DNA of 64,000 nt, taken from positions 224,001 through 288,000 of the forward strand of contig CAVVHS010000008.1 of assembly GCA_963748215.1 (NCBI GenBank). Reading direction: 5' to 3'. The notes beneath the pieces are model-generated. The model saw only the letters and a list, made by a program, of their open reading frames with translations. It did no database searches and was not told the DNA's origin. A program made the position numbers and the translations under genes. Shown here one piece after another: positions 30,408 through 41,527 of the stretch. Every line of letters starts with the position of its first letter. Position 1 is the stretch's first letter. The stretch comes from an uncultured Gammaproteobacteria bacterium. Lineage in GTDB: Bacteria > Pseudomonadota > Gammaproteobacteria > UBA9214.

Positions 30408-31322
30408 CTAGAACACACCCGCATAGCGCAGGCCGATGACCACCAGCACCAGGCACAGCAGTGCACGCAGGCCGTTTTCAGGCAGGTGCTTGCTCAGTTG
30501 CGGACCGATCAAGGATCCCGCCACAACCCCGATCAACAGGATGCCGAGTAGCGGGTAGTCCAGTGTGACACCCAGGCGCAGGTAGTTTGCGATCGAGGTT
30601 ATCGAGTGAATGGCGATCGCCAGCGCGGAGGTGCCGGCAATAACATACATGGGCAGCCGCATGACGATGCTCATGAACGGCACCAGCAGGAAGCCGCCCC
30701 CGACGCCGAGTGCCGAAGAGAATACCGCGATACCCATGCCGCAGAAAAACGGCAGCCAGGGACTGAAGGCGAAGTCCTCATCGCCGAAGCGAAAATAAAA
30801 GCGGCGCCAGGTTGCCCGTAGATACTTCACGCCCACTTCGCAGGACGCGCCTCCGCCCCTGACATGCTGCGCGTAGGCCTCCGCGGCGCTCATCGTCTTC
30901 GACAGCGCCACTGACGCAGAGTCGGTACGCAGCAATTGCCAGGCGAGTTGCCCGGCGATGAAAAATACCAGCACGGCAAATACCGGCCGAAAGACGTGCA
31001 TGTCGGACAGCAGGCTGACCGACAGGGTGCTGCCCAGCAGCGCACCGAACACGCCACCGGCGCCAAGCAGAAAGGCAAGGCTGTAAACCATGCGGCACTG
31101 ACGCATGTACAGCGGCACGGCAATCAACGGTGTAACCAGCGTCAGCACCTGGGCCATCGGCTTGACCAGGTTCGGATTGCCGATGCCGAACACGGATATC
31201 ATCCCGACCGAGGCAAGAATCCCGCCGGCGGCGCCGACCGTGGAGAAGACAAAGCCCACCAGCCCGCCCCAGGCGAGCAACAACCAGACCGGCACCACGA
31301 CATCGGCTATCTCGAAAAGCAT
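30408..31322 (-). CDS. TauE/SafE (TSUP) family membrane transporter
   Basis: Duplicated G.GG halves (GAAGG; GVGGGFLLVP), AGTS motif, many TMs. Confidence 0.85.
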   Translation of the reverse strand: MLFEIADVVVPVWLLLAWGGLVGFVFSTVGAAGGILASVGMISVFGIGNPNLVKPMAQVLTLVTPLIAVPLYMRQCRMVYSLAFLLGAGGVFGALLGSTLSVSLLSDMHVFRPVFAVLVFFIAGQLAWQLLRTDSASVALSKTMSAAEAYAQHVRGGGASCEVGVKYLRATWRRFYFRFGDEDFAFSPWLPFFCGMGIAVFSSALGVGGGFLLVPFMSIVMRLPMYVIAGTSALAIAIHSITSIANYLRLGVTLDYPLLGILLIGVVAGSLIGPQLSKHLPENGLRALLCLVLVVIGLRYAGVF

Positions 31323-31508
31323 CGACTATCCGTAATTTTAGGCAGTTGACAGGTCGCACACGCCGGCACTCGAAACACAGACCCAGCATAGCAACAGTAT
31401 TGCCGGTTGACACACGACTGCGCAGGATATTCGGGATTCTTTTTGCACTCGCGCCGTATCGCGCGTGATAATGCCTTATTCCACCCGCCGGAAGGCACGG
31501 AAGAAGCC

Positions 31509-32267
31509 ATGAACGACGACGACCTGCTCCGCTACAGCCGCCAGATCATGCTGCCGCAGATCGATATCCGCGGCCAGGAAAAACTCCTCGCCACGCGAGC
31601 GCTGGTCATAGGTGCAGGCGGGCTGGGCTCGCCGGCGGCCATGTATCTCGCGGCGGCCGGCATCGGGCAGCTCGCCATCGCCGACCCGGACACGGTCGAG
31701 CTGTCCAACCTGCAACGCCAGCTGCTACACCACGACAGCGACATCGGCCGGCTCAAGGTGGCCTCGGGCAGGGACACGCTGCTTGCCATCAACCCGGGAT
31801 TGCGGGTCACCACGCTGGTCGACCGCCTGCAGGGCGAGCTGCTGGACAACGCGGTATACAACACCGACGTGGTGCTCGATTGCAGCGACAATTTCGATAC
31901 CCGCCACGCCGTCAACGCGAGCTGCGTTTCGCATCATGTTCCGCTGGTATCAGGGGCCGCCGTGCGATTCGCCGGCCAGCTGGCGGTGTTCGACAGCCGG
32001 GACCCTGCCGCCCCCTGCTATGCCTGCCTGTACCGGGACGGCGAGGAAACCGACCTGACCTGTTCAGAGAATGGCGTGCTGTCTCCGCTGGTGGGCGTGA
32101 TCGGCGCGCTGCAGGCGCTGGAAGCCATCAAGGTCGTGCTGGACCTGGGTGAAAACCTGGCCGGCCGCCTGGTGCTGTTCGACGGCCTGACGCACGAATG
32201 GCGCACCCTTACGCTACCGCGCGACCCGGACTGCCCGGTATGCGGCACGCGGCCATCGCCAGGCTGA
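31509..32267 (+). CDS. moeB: MoeB/ThiF family sulfur-carrier adenylyltransferase
   Basis: RYSRQIML, GAGGLG, D.VELSNLQRQ, CYAC and CPVC zinc motifs. Confidence 0.9.
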   Translation: MNDDDLLRYSRQIMLPQIDIRGQEKLLATRALVIGAGGLGSPAAMYLAAAGIGQLAIADPDTVELSNLQRQLLHHDSDIGRLKVASGRDTLLAINPGLRVTTLVDRLQGELLDNAVYNTDVVLDCSDNFDTRHAVNASCVSHHVPLVSGAAVRFAGQLAVFDSRDPAAPCYACLYRDGEETDLTCSENGVLSPLVGVIGALQALEAIKVVLDLGENLAGRLVLFDGLTHEWRTLTLPRDPDCPVCGTRPSPG

Positions 32268-32415
32268 AGCAATAGACCATTTCGCGCCAGGCCGCAAAGT
32301 AACACAACCGCTATTCACCACAGGGGTCACCGGGGACACAGAGAGTTCCTGTCTTTCTGTTCCTTCCGAAAATATGCAGGATGCGATGAGCCTGCGAAAC
32401 GCATCATTCAGTTAA

Positions 32416-32526
32416 GGAAGCTCTGATTTAATGCGTCATGCCGGCGAAGGCCGGCATCAAGGTCATTGAAAACACTGGATCCCGGCATACGCCGGGATGA
32501 CGATAAGTGAATTAATCAGAGGTTCC
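32416..32526. mobile_element. IS5-like MITE enclosing a GTCATGCCGGC...GGGATGAC palindromic repeat
   Basis: TIRs GGAAGCTCTGATTTA / TTAATCAGAGGTTCC, flanked by TTAA on both sides. Confidence 0.8.
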
Positions 32527-32617
32527 TTAATATTATGCCCAGCGTCCTCTGCATGTCCTGTGGCATTTATGTTTTATTTTATCCTTGGGCCGTTGCATCC
32601 TGGCGCGCGACATGGTT

Positions 32618-33760
32618 TTAAACCGCGAACCCCAGCCCGGCCAGCAACTGCCTATGCGCATCCGACAGCGGCGCATGGAGCAGCGGTGTCGCCGCAAACT
32701 CGCGCCGCACCGGGTATTCCTTGCGCAACCGGTCGAAGTACGCAGGCTGCTGCTCCGGCTCGAGTTCGAGCAGCCTGCGCAAGCGCCGGTCATCAGTGCG
32801 CACGTCATAGCAGCCCAGCACGGCGGCGCGCGCCAGCGACTCGTTATCATCGCCTGTTGCAGCACCGACATCGACCGGGGCAACCGGCGGCAGCTCGCTG
32901 TGCACATCCCAGGAAAGCGGCTCACCGAGATAGTCACACGCCGCGCGGTAGATCATCTCGGTGCCGCGCAGCTTGCCATCGAGGCTGTAGCCGGCGATAT
33001 GCGGCGTACCCAGCGCCACCCTCTCGAGCAGTGGCAGGCTGATCGACGGCTCGCCTTCCCAGACGTCGAGCACCACGGCCAGGTCTGCGCGCGTCGGCAG
33101 CGTTGCCAGCAAGGCCGGATTGTCGGCTACCGCACCACGCGAGGTGTTGATGAAAACCGCGCCAGGCCGCAATCGCGCCAGAGCTGCCGCATCGATGAGA
33201 TGAAAAGTCGGGTGTTTACCGCCATGCTCGAGTGGTACATGCACGGTGACGATGTCACAGGCCAGCGCGTCATCCAAAGACACGAAATCATCCTTCGCGC
33301 CCGACGCCTGCAGTGGCGGGTCGTTCACCAGACATTCCATACCGAGCGCCCTGAGGCGCGCACGCACGCGGGAACCGACATTACCGCAACCGATGACACC
33401 GACGGTCCTGCCCGCCAGTGCAACACCCCGCTGTTGCGACAGCACCAGCAGCGCGCTGGCAACATACTCGGCGGCCGAGGTGGCATTGCTGCCCGGCGCC
33501 GTGGCAAAGCCGATGCCGCGAGCCGCGAGATAATCCATGTCCACATGATCGAAGCCGATAGTGGCCGAGCCGACGAAACGCACCCGGGAGCCGGCCAGCA
33601 GTTTTTCATCGACCCGCGTTACCGAACGCACCAGCAACACATCGGCGTCCGCAACCTGTTCCGGTTGCAGGCCACGGCCGCGCACCCGCGTCACCTCGCC
33701 CAGCGAACTGAACGCCTCCGTCACGCTGGGGATGTTTTCATCGGCAACGATTTTCATCAC
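32618..33760 (-). CDS. pdxB: 4-phosphoerythronate dehydrogenase
   Basis: MKIVADENIP, VRSVT, ATIGFDH, APGSNA, LDVWEGEP, TPHIAGYS, FDRLRK.YP.RRE. Confidence 0.97.
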   Translation of the reverse strand: MMKIVADENIPSVTEAFSSLGEVTRVRGRGLQPEQVADADVLLVRSVTRVDEKLLAGSRVRFVGSATIGFDHVDMDYLAARGIGFATAPGSNATSAAEYVASALLVLSQQRGVALAGRTVGVIGCGNVGSRVRARLRALGMECLVNDPPLQASGAKDDFVSLDDALACDIVTVHVPLEHGGKHPTFHLIDAAALARLRPGAVFINTSRGAVADNPALLATLPTRADLAVVLDVWEGEPSISLPLLERVALGTPHIAGYSLDGKLRGTEMIYRAACDYLGEPLSWDVHSELPPVAPVDVGAATGDDNESLARAAVLGCYDVRTDDRRLRRLLELEPEQQPAYFDRLRKEYPVRREFAATPLLHAPLSDAHRQLLAGLGFAV

Positions 33761-34047
33761 GCATCACGATCCAGAATCAGCCCCACGCTTGCGTCAGCGT
33801 GCAGACAGAACCCGGTTCAAACTGCTCACCGGAGCAGGCAGGAAAACCGGGTGCAGCGGTCCGTCTGGACACAACCTCGTTCGATCCAGAACACTCGATC
33901 AGTCTGCGAGCAAATATTGCATTCGGGACAACACGCATCATTCAGCGAATTCCAGTGGAAATCCGGGCGATACCGCTTGAGGAAACCGGACGAATACGCG
34001 ACCTGACCAGGACGCTGCAGGGCACCCGCCAGGCGCGTCCATATTGC

Positions 34048-34917
34048 CTATCCGAATACGACCGTCCTGTTTTCGTAGACCAGGATATTATGGTGCAGAT
34101 GGTGCCATACAGCGCGGGCCAACACCATCTTCTCGAGGTCGCGCCCCTTGCGGACCATATCCTCGACCGCGTCCTCGTGACTCACGCGCACAACATCCTG
34201 CTCGATAATCGGCCCGGCATCCAGCTCCGCTGTCGCGTAATGGCTGGTGGCGCCGATGATCTTCACACCCCGCTCGTGCGCGGAGTGATAGGGACGGGCG
34301 CCGGGAAATGCCGGCAGGAAGGAATGGTGGATATTGATAATGCGGTCGGGATAGTTGCCGACAAACCCGCCACTCAGTACCTGCATGTAGCGCGCCAGCA
34401 CGATGAAATCAATCCGGTACTGCTCCAGCAGTTCAAGCTGTTTTCGCTCCGTCTCTGCCCGGTTATTGCCGGTAACCGGCAGGTGTACATAATCAATACC
34501 CAGACGCCCCGCTGCGGCTTGCATGTCGCCATGGTTGCTGATTATCAGCGGAATCTCGACCTGCAACTCACCCGACTCGTACCGCGACAGGATATCGTAA
34601 AAGCAGTGTGGTTGTCTGGATACAAACAAGGCCATGCGCGGCACTTCATCAGAGAAATGCAGCCGCCAGATCATCGAGAAACGCCGCGCCACGAGTGTCT
34701 CGAAGTACTCGCCGATTTTCCCATGATCAATGACGAAGTCATGCAGGTCCCACTGGATGCGCATGAAAAAGACCTGGCGCTCCGCGTCTACGTGCTGATT
34801 CAAGTAAAGGATATTGCCACCGTTCTTGAAGATGAACTCGGTGACCGCTATCACAATTCCCTTCTGATCCGGGCAATGGATCAGAAGGATGGCGGACCTG
34901 GATCTCACATTGTTCAC
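34048..34917 (-). CDS. purU: Formyltetrahydrofolate deformylase
   Basis: ACT domain CPDQKGIV, LARYMQ, INIHHSFLP.F.GA.PY, GVKIIGATSH. Confidence 0.97.
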   Translation of the reverse strand: MNNVRSRSAILLIHCPDQKGIVIAVTEFIFKNGGNILYLNQHVDAERQVFFMRIQWDLHDFVIDHGKIGEYFETLVARRFSMIWRLHFSDEVPRMALFVSRQPHCFYDILSRYESGELQVEIPLIISNHGDMQAAAGRLGIDYVHLPVTGNNRAETERKQLELLEQYRIDFIVLARYMQVLSGGFVGNYPDRIINIHHSFLPAFPGARPYHSAHERGVKIIGATSHYATAELDAGPIIEQDVVRVSHEDAVEDMVRKGRDLEKMVLARAVWHHLHHNILVYENRTVVFG

Positions 34918-34951
34918 ATTGCCATCCCCTCTGTGGCGTTTTTTTGTTTAA

Positions 34952-35093
34952 GGAAGATCTGATCAATCCGTCATTCCGGGCGAACCCCGGACTTGATCCG
35001 GGGAGAGACCCGGAATCCAGGTGTTACAATTCAGGTCGCAACTGGATTCCGGCCTGCGCCGGAATAACGAGCATTGATTTAATCAGAGTTTCC
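34952..35093. mobile_element. Second IS5-like MITE enclosing a GTCATTCCGG-type palindrome with a nested CCCGGACTTGATCCGGG hairpin
   Basis: TIRs GGAAGATCTGATCAA / TTAATCAGAGTTTCC, TTAA on both sides; same architecture as 32416-32526. Confidence 0.8.
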
Positions 35094-35150
35094 TTAACTT
35101 AGCGTCTTTACGTCTTGGTGCGAGTTGGTTTCTCTGCGCCTCCGCGTCTT

Positions 35151-35200
35151 TCGGCAATTGCTCCCGGCATTGCTCTACCTCCTACCTCCATGTAGTCGTG
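35151..35200 (-). repeat. 50-bp GGA-hairpin mini-element (homologous to 57415-57464)
   Basis: Reverse complement CACGACTACATGGAGGTAGGAGGTAGAGCAATGCCGGGAGCAATTGCCGA. Confidence 0.88.
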
Positions 35201-35211
35201 CGCGAGGTGAT

Positions 35212-36652
35212 TTATGACTGATCCAGTTTCTGCTTCAGCAGCTCGTTGACCTGCTGCGGGTTGGCCTTGCCCTGGGTCGCCTTCATCACCTGGCCGACGA
35301 AATAACCGAACAACTTTTCCTGGCCGCCGCGGTACTGTTCGATCTGTTTCGCGCTGCGCGCCAGCACCTCGTCGATGATGCCCTCAATGGCGGAGGAATC
35401 GGAGATCTGTTTCAGTCCTTTCCTTTCGATGACCTCGTCGGCACTGCCCTCGCCACTCCACATCGCCTCGAACACCTGCTTGGCGAGCTTGCCGGAGATC
35501 GTACCGTCGTCGATGCGCAGCAAGAGTTCACCCAGCGCCTGCGCACTCACCGGGCTGGCGGTGATATCGATAGCATCACGGTTCAGCGCCGCGGACAGGT
35601 CGCCCATCACCCAGTTGGCGGTCAGCTTGCCCGTTCCACCCGCGGCCGTGACGGCGGCCTCGTAGTAGTCGGCCAGCTCGCGCGCCGCGGTCAGCACGGC
35701 GGCGTCGTAATCGGACAGTTCGTATTGCGCAATGAAGCGCGCCTTCCTGGCATCGGGCAGTTCGGGCAATTCCGCACGCACCGCCTCGATGAAGGCGGCA
35801 TCGATCTCAACCGGCAGCAGGTCCGGGTCGGGGAAATAGCGGTAGTCGTTGGCCTCTTCCTTGGAGCGCATGGGGCGGGTTTCCATCTTCTGCGGGTCGA
35901 ACAGGCGCGTTTCCTGCACCACCTTGCCACCGCCCTCGAGGACCATCGATCTGGCGCTCGATCTCGTAGTTGATCGCCTGCTCGACGAAGCGGAACGAGT
36001 TGATGTTCTTCAGCTCGGTGCGCGTGCCGAATTCCGCCTGCCCTTTCGGCCGCATCGATACATTGGCGTCGCAGCGGAACGAACCCTCCTGCATGTTGCC
36101 GTCGCTGATGCCGAGGTAGCGCACCAGCGTGTGGATCTTCTTCATGTAGGCCACGGCCTCTTTCGCCGAACGCATGTCGGGTTCGGACACGATCTCCAGC
36201 AACGGCGTACCGGCACGGTTGAGGTCGATGCCGGTCATGCCGTGAAAATCCTCGTGCAGTGACTTGCCGGCATCCTCTTCGAGGTGCGCACGCGTGATCC
36301 CGATGCGCTTGCCGGTGCCGTCTTCCAGCTCGATATCCAGGTAGCCGTCATGCACGATCGGCAGCTCGTACTGGCTGATCTGGTAGCCTTTCGGCAGATC
36401 GGGATAGAAGTAGTTCTTGCGCGCGAACACCGAGCGTGGCGCCACGCTCGAGTGCGTGGCCAGCCCGAACTTCGCGGCCATGCGCACCACCTCGGCGTTC
36501 AGCACCGGCAGTACGCCGGGCAGCCCCAGGTCAACAGCGCAGGCCTGCGTGTTCGGGTCCGCGCCATAGCGGGTGGCGGCGCCGGAAAAGATCTTGCTCT
36601 TTGTGGCGAGCTGGGTGTGTATTTCCAGCCCGATGACGGTTTCCCATTCCAT
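35212..36652 (-). CDS. gatB: Asp/Glu-tRNA amidotransferase subunit B; +1 frameshift near 35945
   Basis: [36 protein letters not shown], then QETR...[10 protein letters not shown] in the second frame. Confidence 0.95.
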
Positions 36653-36667
36653 AAATTAAGACCTTTA

Positions 36668-36952
36668 CCTCATCTCCCTCTCCCGGAGGGAGAGGGATGG
36701 GGAGAGGGGATCAGAACTGCAGGGTGCACGCAGCGCACACCGAATAAATTGCCTCAAAACCCCGGTGCACAAAGCGCACCCTACCGACTCGCTCTTCCCC
36801 TGCGGGGGGAGGGATGGGGAGAGGGGACTCATCGTTTACGCATCATATTGCTATTCATAACCTGCCGGTGCCCGCATGCGCCAGAACAGTAGGGTGCGCT
36901 ATGCGCACCGAATGAATTGCCTCAAATCGCCGGTGCGCACAGCGCACCCTGC
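36668..36952. repeat. Cluster of alternating palindromic repeats: two CCCTCTCCC..GGGAGAGGG units and two GTAG-type REP pairs
   Basis: ccctctcccggagggagagggatggggagagggg; g(c/t)agggtgc..gcacc...ggtgc..gcaccct(a/g)c with near-identical spacers. Another pair at 51901-51965. Confidence 0.82.
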
Positions 36953-36957
36953 CACCA

Positions 36958-38414
<1,457 letters not shown>

Positions 38415-38420
38415 GGCGCG

Positions 38421-38708
38421 CTACTCGATCACCTTCGGCACCAGGTACAGGCCTGCCTCGGTCTGCGGCGCCACGGCCTGGAAGGCCGTGCGCTCGTCCG
38501 TCTCGCTGACGATATCGGCGCGCAGCCGCTGGGTCGCCTCGAGCGGATGCGCGAGCGGCTGCACGCCGCTGGTATCCACCGCGTTCAACTGCTCGACGAA
38601 CGCCAGGATATCGGACAGGTTGCGGGAATACTCCGGGACATCCTGCGCCTCGATACCCAGCCGTGCGAGGTGGGCGATTTTTTCAACATCCGCGGCATCA
38701 AGCGCCAT
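38421..38708 (-). CDS. gatC: Asp/Glu-tRNA amidotransferase subunit C
   Basis: [30 protein letters not shown]. Confidence 0.96.
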   Translation of the reverse strand: MALDAADVEKIAHLARLGIEAQDVPEYSRNLSDILAFVEQLNAVDTSGVQPLAHPLEATQRLRADIVSETDERTAFQAVAPQTEAGLYLVPKVIE

Positions 38709-38874
38709 GCCGGCTCCCTTGCTGATAGTCAGAAAAACAGGGCCGCAAAGGTAGCACAATCGCTGCACGAGAACATCACCACAGGCCGGCGCGGCAGCTA
38801 CCTCGGCGGACGAATTTCCCGTTATTTTCTTGCCCCGGACGTTCCCCGTTGTTAGATTAGCCGCTTCCTTTTGA

Positions 38875-39951
<1,077 letters not shown>

Positions 39952-40022
39952 GATACCCGTGACCGGAATACCGGTGGTCATGCACCGCCGGCATGCCATG
40001 CCATTGCCAGACGGAGTGCACG

Positions 40023-41033
40023 ATCAAGCTCATTTTCACACAAGGCCCATCCATCACCACGCGGCTGATCCTGTTTGCGGTACTGTCCGTGGTACTGATG
40101 GTGATGGACCACAAGTACAAGAGCCTGGAATCCTTGCGCGCCGGCCTGTCCGTCCTGGTCTACCCCATCCAGTTCACCATGGACGCGCCCGGCACCCTGA
40201 CGGACTGGTTCAGCGAATCCCTGTCCTCGCGCCGCCGCCTGCAGGAGGATAACGAAAGTCTGCGCACACAGCAGATGATGCAGCAGGTGCAGCTGCAGAA
40301 GCTGGCGGCACTGGAGGCGGAAAACATCCGCTTGCGGGAACTGCTCGATTCCTCGTTCAAGGTCGGCGAAAAGGTACTGATCGCCGAACTGCTCTCGGTT
40401 AACCTCGACCCGTACAAACACCAGATCGTGATCAACAAGGGCGAAATACACGGCGTCTACGCCGGCCAGCCGCTGCTCGACGCCAAGGGCGTCATGGGTC
40501 AGATCGTGCACGCCGGTCCCTATACCTCCACGGCCATGCTGATCACCGACACCTCGCACGCCATCCCGGTGCAGGTCAATCGCAACGGGCTGCGCACCAT
40601 CGCCATCGGCACCGGCACCATCAACCGCCTGGAACTGCCCTACATACCGAACAACGCGGACATCACGCCCGGCGACCTGCTGATCACCTCCGGGCTGGGC
40701 GGCCACTTCCCGCCGGGCTACCCGGTGGCCGAGGTCACGGCCGTGCAACACGACCCCGGGCATACCTTCTCGCAGGTCGCTGCCACCCCGCTTGCCGAAC
40801 TCAATCGCAGCCGCGAGGTGTTGCTGGTATGGCCGGGCAAGACCACCGTGCTTGACACGACGGACAAACCGCCGGCGCCGACTGCGGGGGACGCGACTGC
40901 GACCGCGGATACACCGCCGGACGGGACTCCGCCAGCCGGGGCCGTCCCGAATGCAACGCCTGCGGCAGAGACCCCGGCGCCTGCAGCGGCGGCGACACCC
41001 GCCGTACCGTCCCGCGCAGAGGACACGGAATGA
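40023..41033 (+). CDS. mreC: Rod shape-determining protein MreC (probable ATC start)
   Basis: IKLIFTQGPS aligns to the MreC N-terminus; EN.RLRELL, HAIPVQVNRNG, TSGLGG.FP.GYPV; Pro/Ala tail. Confidence 0.95.
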   Translation: MKLIFTQGPSITTRLILFAVLSVVLMVMDHKYKSLESLRAGLSVLVYPIQFTMDAPGTLTDWFSESLSSRRRLQEDNESLRTQQMMQQVQLQKLAALEAENIRLRELLDSSFKVGEKVLIAELLSVNLDPYKHQIVINKGEIHGVYAGQPLLDAKGVMGQIVHAGPYTSTAMLITDTSHAIPVQVNRNGLRTIAIGTGTINRLELPYIPNNADITPGDLLITSGLGGHFPPGYPVAEVTAVQHDPGHTFSQVAATPLAELNRSREVLLVWPGKTTVLDTTDKPPAPTAGDATATADTPPDGTPPAGAVPNATPAAETPAPAAAATPAVPSRAEDTE

Positions 41034-41518
41034 CGCTGGCACGGCATCACGGTGGTGGCGCCATCGTGTTCACGTTCATTGTCGCCCTGCTGCTGACCAT
41101 CATGCCGCTGCCCGAATGGGCTCGTCACCTGCGCCCGGACTGGGTCGGCCTGGTGTTGATCTACTGGTGCATGGCAGTGCCGGAGCGGGTCGGCGTCGGC
41201 AGCGGCTGGTTCGCCGGCCTGCTGGTCGACCTGCTGACCGGCGCGGTACTGGGACGGCATGCGCTGGCACTCGCCGTCGTCGCGTTCCTCACCATCAAGT
41301 TCCATCAGCGCGTGCGGCTGTTCCCGATCCTGCAGCAGGCCTTCACCGTGCTGGTGCTGCTGGTGCTGCACCAGCTGATCGCGCTGTGGATCAGCCGTTT
41401 CATCGGCCGCCCGGGCGTACCGTTGCATTTCTGGATGCCGTCGCTGGTCGGCATGCTGATCTGGCCACCTGTGTACGGCTTGATGCGCGGCATCAGACAC
41501 GGCTTCAGGGTAAATTAG
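41030..41518 (+). CDS. mreD: Rod shape-determining protein MreD
   Basis: RPDW..LVLIYW, GLL.DLL.G..LG.HAL. Confidence 0.96.
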   Translation: MTLARHHGGGAIVFTFIVALLLTIMPLPEWARHLRPDWVGLVLIYWCMAVPERVGVGSGWFAGLLVDLLTGAVLGRHALALAVVAFLTIKFHQRVRLFPILQQAFTVLVLLVLHQLIALWISRFIGRPGVPLHFWMPSLVGMLIWPPVYGLMRGIRHGFRVN

Positions 41519-41527
41519 GTAGCAAGA

